This document shows, piece by piece, positions 24,851 to 38,870 of a DNA stretch of 64,000 nucleotides. Made by a program: the position numbers and the translations under genes. The notes below the pieces were generated by a model, which did no database searches, was not told where the DNA came from, and saw only the letters and a program-made list of their open reading frames with translations. Source of the DNA: Octopus vulgaris (taxonomy: Eukaryota); assembly GCA_951406725.2 (NCBI GenBank), contig OX597840.1, forward strand, positions 15,438,001 through 15,502,000, in the 5' to 3' direction. The first letter of the stretch is position 1, and every line of letters begins with the position of its first letter.

Positions 24851-26766
24851 GTTGCTTCTTTTCTGGTTTTTATCACCACATTCTATTTTTTTTTACTACC
24901 CACAAGGGGCTAAACACAGAGGGGACAAACAAGGACAGACAAATGGATTAAGTCGATTATATCGACTCCAGTGCGTAACTGGTACTTAATTTATCGACCC
25001 CGAAAGGATGAAAGGCAAAGTCGACCTCTTTTATGTAGTACTGCCTGACTGGCCCCTGTGCCGGTGGCACGAAAAAAGCACCCACTACAATCACGGAGTG
25101 GTTGGCGTTAGGAAGGGCATCCAGCCGTAGAAACACTGCCAGATCAAGATTGGAGCCTGGTGCAGCCATCTGGTTTGCCATTCCTCAGTCAAAATCGTCC
25201 AACCCATGCTAGCATGGAAAGCGGACGTTAAACGATAATGATGATGATGATGATTCTCCCTCTTTGTTTCTCTCTCACTTTCCCACTCTCTTACTCTTCC
25301 TTTCTCTCAGACTTTCCCTCGCTTTCTCTTACTCTTTATCTTTCTCTATCTATCTATCTCCCATTTATAAACAACAAAAGATCTTTTGTAAGTTGAGAAG
25401 CAAAATATTTTGAAAGATCAATCATAAATATCAGGCAGTGACAATAGAAAGGTCTGCTTCAAGTCAGACAGCAAAACACTAACATTTAGAAGGGACAGAC
25501 GAACTTGCGAGCTGAATAAAAATAGAATCCGAGGATAGTAGAGTCACCATGGCTGGCATTTCTTAACGATGGACAGCAACGTAGTGGCGGTTTAATGGCT
25601 GGCGTAAAATTTTGAACTTGATGTAAAAGAAAATTCCTAAACACCAAGTTTTGAAGTGATTCTTTCTCACGACACTAGACTCACCATGGCAAGCATTCAA
25701 AACTTCTTCATGATGGACGGCAACACACTGAAGATTTAAAGGCTGGTGCAAATTTTTTAGCTTGATGTAACAGAGAATCCCTAAACACCCGCTCCTGTAA
25801 ATTTTAATCCCCTTCCAGCCCCAGTTAAACCCATTTTCACATTTTGGTTAATATTACCGGGTCTACTCGAGTCACATTTAATAAGATGAGGAATTTTGTC
25901 CTAGAGGTCACGCCTTTCACTTGAGGGAAAAAATAGTTGCCATGCAAACTCGCCAGCTCTTTTAACATAGGTGTGCATATTTTCAGCTCAACCGACCACA
26001 TAATGCACACATTATATATATATATATACATATATTTATATATATACATATATACGCATTATATATACAAATGTATATATATATATAAAACTCAACTTGT
26101 GTGTCTGTGTGTTTAACTTCCCGGCACATCTCCTCCTAGCCAACAAATCATAGAACCACCAAAATTGGATCACTTAAAGTTTAGGCGAATGAAAATTGAA
26201 CTGAGCTATTTCTGTTCCGAAATTCATCTCGCAAGTGCAAAAATCGATAATGTGTTTGTTTAGGCCTTATCCCATGCATTGAATAGTGAACTTTACTCAG
26301 TCAGCCGTTTGACGTGAACAGTGTTCACCATGCGTGCAAGCATGCGTAAATTGCATGAAAAGTAAAAAATTAAGATATAAAAACGAATCGCCATAAACAT
26401 TGTAGAAATTTGGCAAAGAAATGAATTTTTGGGATGTAGCCTGGAGGGTTTTTTCATATTAATCGTTTGGACTTTGTGAACACATACCAATTGTTTTCAT
26501 AACATTTTTAACACTTTGAATTAAATATGACCATTTTGCGTTGAATCTGCAGTTTGAATCACTTTAACCAAATTTTAGCAGGCCGGATTTTTGATCATCA
26601 CGATACATCGCCAGCGACTCCCTGAAACTCTCCCCTGAAATCCCCGTTGAGAAATCAATATATATAAAACTCAACTTGTGTGTCTGTATGTGTATCTGTG
26701 TGTGTGTCTTTAACTTTTGGATCTACCAAGTTTCATTATTAAGGATGGAAAGTAGTGTGTAGCAAA

Positions 26767-27134
26767 TCTATATATATAAAGCTGAAGTTGTCAGTGTATG
26801 GCAGGTTTGGTAGCCTTCAACTAACACTATCTCCTTCGAGACCCTGCAGCGCAAGTTGATCAAAATTGAGAGTATGATAGAAGAAGGCTTGCTCTTCAAA
26901 TCGGACCATGTTAACACCAAAAATTATTTACATCAAAGAGGTGCTTTTTTTCTATGAAAATCCCTATTTTTTATGATTTTTGACTGCTGTGTCACCATTT
27001 TTTGGTGTATTTCAACTGGAAAAATGTTCACTTGAAGAGAATAACAAGTTGCATAATGCAAAATTTTTACTTTTCAAAAATTCCAATTCTAAAGTGTCGA
27101 AACAAACCCAAGCAACACCTGGTGATACTGCTAG
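26767..27134 (+). mobile_element. Complete non-autonomous Helitron
   Basis: A|TC 5' end (TCTATATATATAAAG), subterminal hairpin remnant, CTAG|T 3' end, no TSD. Confidence 0.8.
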
Positions 27135-28266
27135 TATATAAATACAGATATATACACTTTGTATATATATACATTATATATGCATATTTATATATAGAAT
27201 ACACACACACACACACATATATATAAATTAACCCAATAAATATCTGATTCATAATATTTGTTCTCATGATTGTGTGGTGGCGTAGAGAGAGAGAGAGAGT
27301 GAAAGAGAACAAGAGAGAGAGAGAGGGGGGGATGTGGAAGAAAGAGTGAAAGCGGCGGGGTAAAGATAGACGTTGTCAAACGACGTTATAGAGAGAATGT
27401 GAAAGGAAGGAGGAAAGAGAGAGACACGGAGGAAGACAGACACAAAAAAATGAGAGAAGACTTGTCAAAGTGTGCGTTTTTTGCCCTAGTAACCACACCT
27501 TTTAAGATAGGGATTTCTAACCTAGCACACTGACATCCTCACCTCATTTTACATGTCCCTGTAAATTTTGGAGTCAATCTGACAGGATCTAGTGGTCTTT
27601 AACCCGTTCCAATGCCAAAACGAGACAAACAAATTTTTCGCATTTCACATTTATAGATATTGATATACTAAAATTACAATAACCTAAAAAGTCTCAAAAC
27701 TTCTAGAATGCATTACTGGAGTCAATTCCTTTGACTAAAATCATTCAAAGTGGTGCTCCAGCATGGCTGCAGACCAGTGACTGCAACAAGTAAAAGGTAA
27801 ATATTTTCCCATGTTGAAATTTGGAATTGGTCTCTGTTAAAATTCTTTAAAAAAACACCCGTTTGGAATAGGGGTGGGACAACTTTAGCCTTATTAGCGA
27901 ATCAGTAATTTAATTAAGCATTACTTTCAACATTCCATCAGGGTATTTCAAATCATTATAATTATCTCATTAATTAATGTATATTTATATCATTTTAATT
28001 AGTGTTGATTAATGTAACCACACACATACCCTATAAATTTATATAACTAGAGATTCATTACTTTTCTCAATATACTTGCAGACCTAACAGTTTCTTTAGT
28101 AGAAGCAATTTGTCCCTTGTATTCCTGCACCCTTGTCCCATGTTGCCAAAACTCCCTCAAATCAAACAAACAACTGGGGTCAATGTAACCGACTTACCTC
28201 ACCAACTAAAACTGCTGGTCTTGTACTAAAACTTGAAACTGTTATTATTATTATCATTATTATTAA

Positions 28267-28306
<40 letters not shown>

Positions 28307-28309
28307 TTA

Positions 28310-28716
28310 CAGAAGCCAGTCGAGGTGGCGCTGGCATCGGCCACAATTCAGATAGTGCTTTTTACGTACCTGGACTGGTGGTACGTAAAAAGCACTATCC
28401 GAATCGTGGCACATAAAAAGCACCATCCGAATCGTGGCCAAAGCCAGTGCCGCCTCGACTGGCTTTCGTGCTGGTGGCACGTAAAATGCACCAATCTGAC
28501 AGTGGCCGTTGCCAGCCTCACCGGGCACCTGTGCAGGTGGCACGTAAAAAGCGCCCACTACACTCACGGAGTGGTTGGTGTTAGGAATGGCATCCAGCTA
28601 TAGAAACATTGCTAGAAAAGACTGGAGCCTGGTGCGGCCTTCTGGCTTCTCAGATCCCCGGTCAAACCGTCCAACCCATGCTAGCATGGAGAACAGACGT
28701 TAAACGATGATGATGA
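28310..28716 (+). mobile_element. RTE LINE 3' UTR with internal GGCACGTAAAAAGCACC tandem units and (GAT)n tail
   Basis: Same sequence family as 44600-44910. Confidence 0.75.
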
Positions 28717-28717
28717 T

Positions 28718-29281
28718 TAGTGGGAGAGCAGTCAATGCCATCAAAATGACACTGGGGTAAAATATATGAAGCCCAGTATGCCCATCATGACTACCCGCCT
28801 GATAAGGGTACACTATGCACATGCATCACAACCATATGTGCATGACATGGTGATCTCATATCAAAATAAACAGCACATGGCTTTGCAGGTGAAACCCAGT
28901 TAGAATTTTCTTCAGGTCGAGTAGCCCTTCCCACTCAAAAGGTCCCTGCATAAGGGTCATTAGAGTTAGGGTTAGGGTTGAACAAAATACCCATGTTTCC
29001 AAAGGTGAATTATTCAAACCACCCAAGAATTCCTCTCAGTACATGACTATGATGCTCCCTCACTACTTCTACTTGTGATCAGAGATGCACATATCGTCAG
29101 CCACTAAGGGACATGCTCAACTGAGTAAGGTCAAACAACTGACAAGCAAATCTGTGGTATTGAGCAGAATAGTTGCTGTAGCCCATTTTTTATACCAAGA
29201 CAAAACAATGTACATGATAACACTTCCAATCAGTTAAGATCAGAAGTCATGAAAACTACTGCCTGGTACTACATCAGGGCA
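28718..29281 (-). mobile_element. Family C element, full-length copy
   Basis: Highly similar to 30182-30733. Adjoins (ATT)n. Confidence 0.75.
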
Positions 29282-29574
29282 TTATTATTATTTTTATTGT
29301 TATTATTATTGTTGTTGTTGTTGTTGCTGTTGCTGTTGTTGTTGTTGTTGTTGTTAAGGTGGCAAGCTGGCAGAATCGTTAGCATGCCAGGAAAAATGCT
29401 TAGCAGTATTTCGCCTATCGCTACATTCTGAGTTCAAATTCCGCCGAGGTCAACTATGCCTTTCATCCTTTCGAGGTCAATGAAGCACTGGGGTCGATAT
29501 AATTGTCTAGTCCCTTCTCCAAAAATTTCAGGCCCTCTGCCTTTACTAGAAAGGATTATTAGTATTATTGTTGT

Positions 29575-30170
29575 TATTTACTTTTAATCTGCAAGTTTGT
29601 TACAGTCACTTGCCGAGACACACCCAGCATCCTGGGGCGAGTAAAGGATAAGAGATGTTACAGTATGACTGAAAACTTGAAGAAGGGAAGTGGCAGGGGC
29701 AACAACACAGACATTTAAACTATGAGGGTTTTTCTAAGGATGTTAGCAGTACTTGTCTGCACAGTTTTTTGAATTTCTCTGAGACATGGTTCTCCTGAGA
29801 TCTTATCTAGATGTTTCTCACATCCCTTTTTTATCATACCTAGGGCATCTACAATAACAGGAACAGTTCACGTTTTAAGATGTCACATTTTTGTATTTCA
29901 ATTTCCAATTCCTTATATTTAGTTAATTTGTCAGATTCCTTTACAGATATATTTTTATCAGCGGGAACACTTACATCTTAATAATTATGTCTAGTTGATT
30001 AGCCATCTTTAATAATTATGTCCAGTTGATTAGCCTTGATCGTTCTGTCAGTGTTGGCTTGGAAAATCCCAGAGAATAGTGACAGTTTTACTTTCAACAA
30101 CTGGCCAGTAGGCAGGAGTGACAATTTTATAGTGTTTACATATTTTCCAATATAAATACTGTCTTACCTA
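29575..30170 (-). pseudogene. R4/Dong-like non-LTR element remnant (restriction-like endonuclease C-terminus + 3' UTR)
   Basis: Minus strand encodes DVSVPADKNISVKESDKLTKYKELEIEI..VPVIVDALGMIKKG..EIQKTVQTSTANILRK. (TAA)-rich at both ends. Confidence 0.75.
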
Positions 30171-30181
30171 TTATTATTATT

Positions 30182-30733
30182 AAGTGAGAGAGCAGCACAT
30201 GCCATCAAAGTGACACTGGGGTAAAATATATGAAGCCCAATATACCCATCATGACTACCCGTCTGATAAGGGTACACCAGGCACATGCATCACAACCATA
30301 TGTGCGCGACATGGTGATCTCATATCAAGATAAACAGCACATGACCTTGCAGATGGGGCCCAGTTAGAATTTTCTTCAGGTCGAGTAGCCCATCCCGCTC
30401 AAACGGTCCCTGAATAAGGGTTGTTTAAGGATGTTGAAAGAACCACCCATGTTTCCAGAGGTGAATCATTCAAACCCCAAAGAATCCCTCTCAACACATG
30501 GCTATGATGCTTCCCCACTACTTCTGCTCATGATCAGAGATGCACATATCGTCAGCCACTAAGGGACATGCTCAACTGGTTAAGGTCAAACAACTGACAA
30601 GCAAATCTGTGGTATTTAGCAGAATATTTGCTGTAGCCCATCTTTTATACAAAGACAAAACAATGTACATGATAACACTTCCAATCAGTTAAGATCAGAA
30701 GCCATGAGAGCCACTGCCTGGTACTGCATCAGT
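30182..30733 (-). mobile_element. Family C element, full-length copy in (ATT)n
   Basis: (ATT)n on both sides. Three copies occur in the window. Confidence 0.8.
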
Positions 30734-30954
30734 ATTATTATAGCACGGATTTTTGTCAGTGAACAGGTCGCGGATTTTAGCGACGAAAATATTTTGACAA
30801 ATTAAACTTAAATGTTGAAGTGAATCGAACGGCTTTTGTGTGTTTCTTAAATGGCTTACAAATACCTTCCACGCTGCAATTGTTTTCGTTTCAGCACACG
30901 ATCTCAGATCAAATCACTTGCTATGCAAGTACATCTCCGTAATAATATTATACT

Positions 30955-31166
30955 CTTTCTCTTTTACTTGTTTCAGTCATTTGACTGCAGCCATGCTGGA
31001 GCACCACCTTTTGTTGAGCAAATCACCTCCAGGAATTATTCTTTGGAAGCCTAGTACTTATTGTATCGGTCTCTTTTGCCGAACCACTAAGTTACAGGGA
31101 CGTAAACACACCAGCATCGGTTGTCAAGTGATGTTGAGGTGACAAACACAGACACACAAACACACA

Positions 31167-31220
<54 letters not shown>

Positions 31221-31386
31221 CAATGGGCTTCTTTCTGTTTGTGTCTACCAAATCCACTCACAAGGCTTTGGTCAGCCCGAGGCTATAGTAGAAGACACAT
31301 ACCCAAGGTGCTACGCAGTGGGACTGAACCCGGAACCATGTGGTTGGTAAGCAAGCTACTTACCACACAGCCACTCCTGCACCTAT
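30955..31386 (-). mobile_element. SINE family A copy
   Basis: Matches family A. Confidence 0.85.
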
Positions 31387-33289
31387 ATGGTCATTATTAT
31401 TATTATTTATGCAGCCAACTGGCAGAATCATTAGCACACTAGACAAAATACTTGATGTCTTTCATCCATTTTTACATTCTGAGTTCAAACGCTGCTGGGG
31501 TCGAATTTGCCTTTTATCTTTCCGGGGCCAATAAAATGAGTACCAGTTGAACCCTTGAGTTGGTGTAACTGACTTAGTTCCCCCACCCACCCCCAAAAAT
31601 TGCTGGCCCTGTGCCAACAGTTAAAAACATTATTTTTACTATTATTAAAGTGGTGAGTTGGCAAGGTCAGTAGCATGCTGGGCAAAATGCTTAGCGGCAT
31701 TTCATCTGTCTTCGTGTTCTGAGCTCAAATTGTGCCAAAGTAGACTTTGCATTTCATTCATTTATTTTGTCTATAAATTAAGTGCCAGTTGGGCATCGGG
31801 GTCAATATAATTGACTTACTCCTTCTCCTGAACTTACTGGCCTTGTGCCAAAATTGAAAACCATTATTATTATCATTATTATTATTACAATTTTAATTTT
31901 GACAGCCCATTTACAAACTGTTCGCAAAATGTAACAAATGTTTTCACAGTTTTTTTTATTTATCACAGTTTGTGAAAACAAAAAGAAAACTTGGCAAGAT
32001 AACTCGGACAGGCAGAAGACAGGCAAATATTATGGTGGCGGTGGTGGTGGTGGCAGAGACAGTAGTGTTGTTGGTTTGTGGTCAAGGTGGTGTTGATGAT
32101 GATGATGACGGTAATGATGATGATGAGGATGATGATAATGATGATGGTTATGATGATATGATGATGATGATGGTAGAGAGGATGAAGAAATAGTGCTGGT
32201 GATGATGATGTCAGTGATGAAGAATTAATGATGATGTGGAGGCAGAGGATGGGGGTGGCAATGTTGAGGACAGTGATGATTACAACAACGATGAGGAGGA
32301 AGATGATGAAGATAATGATGACAACGTCAAGGAGATGATTATATTGATATAAGATATATATATCTCTCTCTCCTTCTCTTGCTCTCTCTTTCTCTTTCCC
32401 CCCTCTTTTCTCTCACCCCAATAGAATAGGAATGGAATATAATTCAATTTTCTGCTTTCTAAACCCTTCTTTTACGAGGAGCTCTCTCTCTCTCTCTATC
32501 TATCTCTATCGCTCATGCACACATACACACAAGCAAACATACATGCATACACTAAAAAAGAAGAAAAAAATTTTACATATATAGATTACATACGTATATA
32601 TATATATATTATCATTATTATTATTATTTTTTAGAAAGTGAGCTGACAGAATTGTTAGCATGCTCGGCATTTTGTCCATCTGTATGTTCTGAGTTCAAAT
32701 GCCACACAGGGTCAACTTTGTCTTTCATCCTTTCGGAATCGATAAATTAAATACCAGTTGTATATTGGAGGTTGGTGCCAAAATCGGAAATCATTATTAT
32801 TATTATTATTATTATTAGTAAGGTGGTGAGCTGGCAGAATCATTAGCATGCCAGGCAAAATGTATATATGTATGCAAGCGTGGCTATGTGGTAAAAAGCT
32901 TGATTCCAAACTATGTTTCCAGGTTCAATCCCACTGTGTAGTACCTTGGGCAAGTGTCGTCTACTATAGCCTCAGCCTGATCAAAGTCTTGTGAGTGGAT
33001 TTGGTAGATGGAAACTGAAAGCAGCTTGTCGGAAACTGAAAGAAGCTCCAGCATTGCCACAGTGAAATGACTGAAACAAATTAAAAGAAATATATATATA
33101 GTGAAAAAGTTTGATGAAAACGTTTTTGTCCATGTGTTGAATTGTAGCAAAAAATATAAAAAGAAAGAAAATGTACAGAAATATTATGTAGGGCAAAACA
33201 TATTTTTGCAAAATAAAATATTTACATAGTTGACCGGTTTCAGTTGTGCTAATCATCACTAAGAAGTTAGAGATCATGTTATACTTTCA

Positions 33290-33650
33290 TGCTATTGTCC
33301 ATCCGACCATTTTTTTATGCCCACAATTTCTGGGACAGTCATGGGGGGACAGAGTTCTCAGGCACATCCTCCATAGATTCTTATTGGAAGCAACTGTCAT
33401 TAAATTCTTCAGCTGGATTCCCAAACATGACCAAGTGAGGTTATGGATATTATCAAACCAGCCCATTCTTAGTCTACCCAGGGATTGGCTTGCCTTGACA
33501 AATCCATCTTGCGATATTTTTTTTTCTCGTAGCATTCTAATCACTTGTCCAAAACATCAGAGCTGTGACCCCTCAATTTGGAGAAGCAGCTCAACCTGGA
33601 GAGACTCCTTGATCTCTAGGTTTTGCACCTTGTTGAGTAGGGGTCTCTGA
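33290..33650 (-). mobile_element. Decayed LINE (RTE-like) RT C-terminal remnant
   Basis: FGQVIRM..EKKISQDG..GRLRMGWFDNI..NKNLWR resembles a LINE C-terminus. Confidence 0.5.
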
Positions 33651-35739
33651 AAGGGGTTTCAGGGAGTAGTGTCCCTGCCTTCCTGAGCTAGTTTTCCACC
33701 ACATTTCTTAAAAATCATGGTAGAGGCCTTGGTCTCGGGACCACTCATGTCTAGAAACTGAGGTTGGGGGTAAGCAAGGACATGCTCTCTGTAGAAAATC
33801 CAGCTCCAAAAATGCCTCTTGATAGCAAAGGAGAATGTTCTCCAGCCAGCCCAAAGGTTGGGGTGGTCTGCACCTGCCTTCCTCAGTTGCTATGGCATTG
33901 AGGTAGATCCGGCCACCCCTATTAAAGGGGACAAAACCTGGATTTAACACACTGGATGATGGTGATGATGATGATGAGTAACATTACTCCAGAGATCTTT
34001 TGGTGGAACCCCATTTTGGCCATGTGTATTTGCAAGTGTGCTTTCTTGGTCATTACCCAACATTTATCCCCATATAAACCAAATTGTAGAATGTGAGTTT
34101 GGCCTTCTTTTATTAACCTCTCCTCTTTCGAGGATTCTTTATCTTCTACTTGTTCCCGTTGTTAGACTGTGGTCATGCTGAGGCACCTCCTTGCAGTATG
34201 TTTAGGTGAATGAATTGACCACAGCTTGGTACTTATTCTATAAAATCTCTTTTTTTACAGGGACATAAACAAACCAGCACTGATTGTTAAATGGTGATGG
34301 GAACAGTCACAGACATGCAAGCTGTATTCAATTTCCATTCACCAGATCCACTCACAAGGCTTTGGTTGACCCAAGGCTATAGTAGAAGACACTTGCCCAA
34401 GGTGACATGCAGTGGGACTGAACCAGAACCATGTAGTTGGGAAGCAAGCTTCTTACAATACAGCCATACCTGCACCTATATATATATATTCTTTTATACT
34501 TTTACTTGTTTCAGTCATTTGACTGCAGCCATGCTAGAGCACCGCCTTCAGTTGAGTAAATTGATCCCAGGACTTATTCTTTGTAAACCTAATACTTATT
34601 CTATCGATCACTTTTGACGAACCACTAAGTTATGGGAACGTAAACACACCAGCATCGCTTGTCAAGCAGCAATGTTAGGAGGACACACAAACATACATGT
34701 ATATATATACATTATATACATATATATGATGGGCTTCTTTCAGTTTCCGTCAACCAAATCCACTCACAAGGCTTTGGTTGGTCCAAGGCTATAGTAGAAA
34801 ACACTTGCTCAATGTACCACTCAGTAGGACTGAACCCAGTAGCATATGGTTGGAAAGCAAATTCCTTACCGCACAGCCATGCATGAATATTTTATTTTTA
34901 CAAAGTGAAGGTTGAGAGTTACTTTGAAGTTTTAGCTTAAAAACTGAAACTTCGAAGTCACTGTTAAAAGGTTTCCTTCTAAAAATATTCAATGGTCTTC
35001 TAAAAAGTGTTGAGCAGTCCTTCGATTTGATGTTTGACTGTTTTTGTGTATAATCAGAGAGAAAAACAGACATTAATGTGTGTGTAGGTGAAAGGGTTAA
35101 TATATACACGTGTCCATTTATTTGATTTCGAACCAGTTAGATTTATTATCTCGTTTACACTGACTACTGATTATTTCTTTCTAATTATAGTTATTCAATA
35201 ACTTGTTTATTTTTTTCTTCAATATTTTAACTGGTTCACTCTATTGTGTCTCTAATTTAATTTACTCGTCTTCCATCCTTGTTATCTGCATTTATATTGA
35301 TTTAATATCAATATTATATACCTAAGAAATATTAACCAATACCGATACCAAAATGAGAGCCAGAATTCAGAAAGCTGCTGATCGTGTTTGATGCTTTTTT
35401 AAAAATTTTATTTCATCTTATTTTATCTTTTTCTTTTGACATGATTCTTTTTGTCTAATTTTACTATTTCTTTACCCATTTTCACCATTAATGATGCTAT
35501 GGGCCCAGACTTGTATTTCTTGTTAATTAAAACATGCCGTTTGACTTCTAAAATTCTTATTCATATCATGAGCAAAACTACAACCCATGAGGTTTTCCAA
35601 ATGGCATGCCTAATGAAAAAATACTTTGAGCTTGTTTTTTTTTTGTGGCCCACGTGATGATAAACTACATCTTGTGAGGCCTGTATGAACCATAGCTTCA
35701 CAGTTGCACCAAACCCAGCTTTTTACATATGTTGCTGAC

Positions 35740-36072
35740 ACCCCCTTCGGTCATGATTGACCATGGGATTGCACCTAGAAAGTTACTTTCCTGGGCACAA
35801 GTCTGGACAAGGTTGTTTATGGAAGGCCAGCAGTTGCCTATGCATACTGGCCTCCCCTCTCCACGCCACCATTGTTATTCAAGGGAAAGGCAAAGGCCGA
35901 TACAGCTTGGCACCTGTGACATCGCAACTCATTTCTACAGCTGAGTGAACTGGAGCAATGTGAAATAAAGTGTCTTGCTCAAGAACACAACACACAGCCC
36001 AGTCCAGAATTCGAACTCACAACCTCACGATCGTAAGCTCAATGCTCTAACCACTGAGCCATGTGCCTTCAC
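35740..36072 (-). mobile_element. tRNA-derived SINE family D
   Basis: Minus-strand head GTGAAGGCACATGGCTCAGTGGTTAGAGC..GAGTTCGAATTC (A/B boxes), then GTTCTTGAGCAAGACACTT. Relatives at ~45600-45782, ~46610-46780 and ~61950-62060. Confidence 0.8.
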
Positions 36073-36598
36073 ATTATGCACTTTTCAAATAATGGTAATA
36101 TAAAAGACCATGCCAAAACTGACCTTGCCTGTGCTGGTGCCATGTAAAAAGAACTCAGCCCAGTATATGGAGTGGTTGGTGTTAGGAAGGGCATCCAGCT
36201 GTAAAAACCCTGCCAAAACAAACACAGAAGCTTGGTGCTAGCTCCTGCCTAGCCAGTACCTGTCAAACCATCCCACCCATGCCAGCATGGAAGGCTGGCA
36301 TGGGTTGGATGGGTTGGCTAAACGACGATGATATAAGTAATTCTTCTTAATTGCCTTATATGGCCCATTTCTCGAAAGCGCTTACCCATGCCTAGTTTAT
36401 AAGAAGACAGTGAGATGGCAGAGTTGTTAGTGCACCAGACAACATGTTTAGTAGCAGTTCTTCCAGATTTGCAGTCAAGTTCAATTGCTGCCAAGGTAAA
36501 CTTCTTCTTTCATCATTTCAAGGGTCTACAGTTGCATACTGGGGTTGATATAATCAACAGATTTCTTGCATGTGTGTATGTGTGTGTACGTATGTATG

Positions 36599-36654
<56 letters not shown>

Positions 36655-37510
36655 CTACGAATGGATGAGGAGAGATGTGTGAAGTGACATTTAGTGGAAA
36701 TCTCTTTTTATGATCATCTGGGGACACAGCTATTTTGACTGGCTATATTTGGTTGATAACATTAAGCAAATGAAGATTTTAGGAGCCTCTAGAGTTTCAT
36801 AACAGTAACTAGTTGATAACATTATCTATGATTAAAAGTGGTTTCCACTGTGTGTGTAGGTATGTGTGTGTGTGTAATTAATACATTGGAATAATTAAGG
36901 TGGTGACCTAACAGGATCATAAGAACACTGTGCAAAATGCTTAGCGGTTTTTTTGTCCGTCTTCACATTTTGAGATCAAATCCAGCCAGGGTCAATTTTG
37001 CCTTCTATCCTTTCAGGGTCAATAAAATGAGTACCAGTGAGACACTGGGGTTGATGAAATCAACTTAGACAGCCTTCTCTGAAAATTGCTGGCCTTGTGC
37101 CAAAATTCGACACCAGTGTTTTGAAATAAATGCTTTCTCGCTATAGAATATATGCTCTGAATTTAAGAGTTAAATTCCAATAATTATGTATTTTTATAAA
37201 TTAATTACCTAATTAAATGGATAACAATGTTTGAATTTCAACCAGTTACAGAGCTTACAATGAAATTCTTTTATTCTTTTAATTGTTTCAGTCATTTGAC
37301 TGCAGCCATGCTGGAGCACCGCCGTTAGTTGAGCAAATCGACCCCAAAGCTTATTCTTTGTAAGCCTAGTACTTATTCTATCGGTCATTTTTGCCAAACT
37401 GCTAAGTTACGAGAGACGTAAACATACCATCGGTTGTCAAGCGATGTTGGGGGTGGGGGGCAAACACAGACACACAAACATATATACACACATACATATA
37501 CATACATACC

Positions 37511-37564
<54 letters not shown>

Positions 37565-38629
37565 TATATATATATACGACAGGCTTCTTCCAGTTTCTGT
37601 TGACCAAATCCACTCACAAGTCTTTGGTCGGTCTGATTGCCCAAGGTACCATGCAGTGGGACTGAACCCAAGACCAAGTGGTTGATAAGCAAGCTGCTTA
37701 CAACACAGCCATCTTACTCATTTTTCTAATTATTATTATTATCATTATTATTCAGTACATATATATATATATATATTTATAAATAAGGATAATATCGATA
37801 TTTAAATATCGATCTTATCAAGTGGCCAGCATGGGAATAATTATTTATAATAATATTTATAATAATTATTTATGATGTGCTTATTTCAGTTTCTGTCAAC
37901 CAAATCCTCTCTCAAGGCTTTGGTTAGCATGAGACTATAGTAAAAAAAAACACTTGCTCAAGGTGCCCCTCAGTGGGATGGAACCCAGAAACACGTGCTT
38001 GGGAAGCAAGCCTCTTACTACACAGCCACACCTAGTTTAAATTTAATCTTTTTATTAAATTTATTATTAATGATTTTTCATATTTCTTTATAACTTTTAA
38101 CATTTACTTGGTTCCAAAAATTAATTCCCCGCTTAATGTTTCAAAACCATTTCTGCTAGTCTCATCATCAGAATGAAATGATGATTTTATTGACATGTTG
38201 CCTGAAACACTTTGCAGTAGGCCTCAAAGGCTCATAGGAATATAACTATAACTGATAAGATCAACAATGGCACTTATGTGTATATTTATGTTTGTGTATG
38301 TAATGAATAATCTTCCTAAAACTACATCCACCAGTCTATTTATAGCCAGTGATATTATATTTCATTTGCTTTCAAAAGATATAAATTTCTGCTCTTATTC
38401 CAAGATATATATATTTCAAGGACATTCTAATGTCCTTCCTTCTCTGCTGTCTTCAACTCTTAGAATTCGCAGGTTTGGATAAACAAACAACACTCCAGCT
38501 TGTCTATCTAATTTATTAATTCCTTCACCTCTGACACCCAAAAATCGATTGCTCAAAGAGAACCGCACATGCAGTAACAGATCGATGGAAATAGGAATAA
38601 AGATGGATGGATTTGGAAGAACAGTTAGT

Positions 38630-38870
38630 TTTTGGGTGGAAGGATGATGAATGAATGGATGGATGGATGGATGGGTGGGTGGACTGATGGGTGGCGGGAA
38701 GAACAATTGGGGGTTGGGTGGACGGATGCTGAATGGATGGATGTTTGGACTGATGGGTGGCTGGAAGAACAATTGGGGGTCAAGTGGACGGATGATGGAC
38801 GGGTGGATGGGTGGATGGACTGATGGGTGGCTGGAAGAACAATTGGGGATCAGGTTGATAGATGATGAAT
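38630..38870. repeat. ~59-bp tandem repeat with (GATG)n, 3 units
   Basis: GGACTGATGGGTGGCTGGAAGAACAATTGGGG recurs three times. Confidence 0.85.

Noticed and set aside
28310-28560. Repeat-spacer-like array (GGCACGTAAAAAGCACC units) resembling CRISPR
   Set aside because: The units are degenerate with related spacers and belong to the RTE 3' UTR. The context is eukaryotic and there are no cas genes.
35990-36072. tRNA gene
   Set aside because: A/B boxes run into a SINE body and several decayed copies exist. It is a SINE head, not a convincing cloverleaf.
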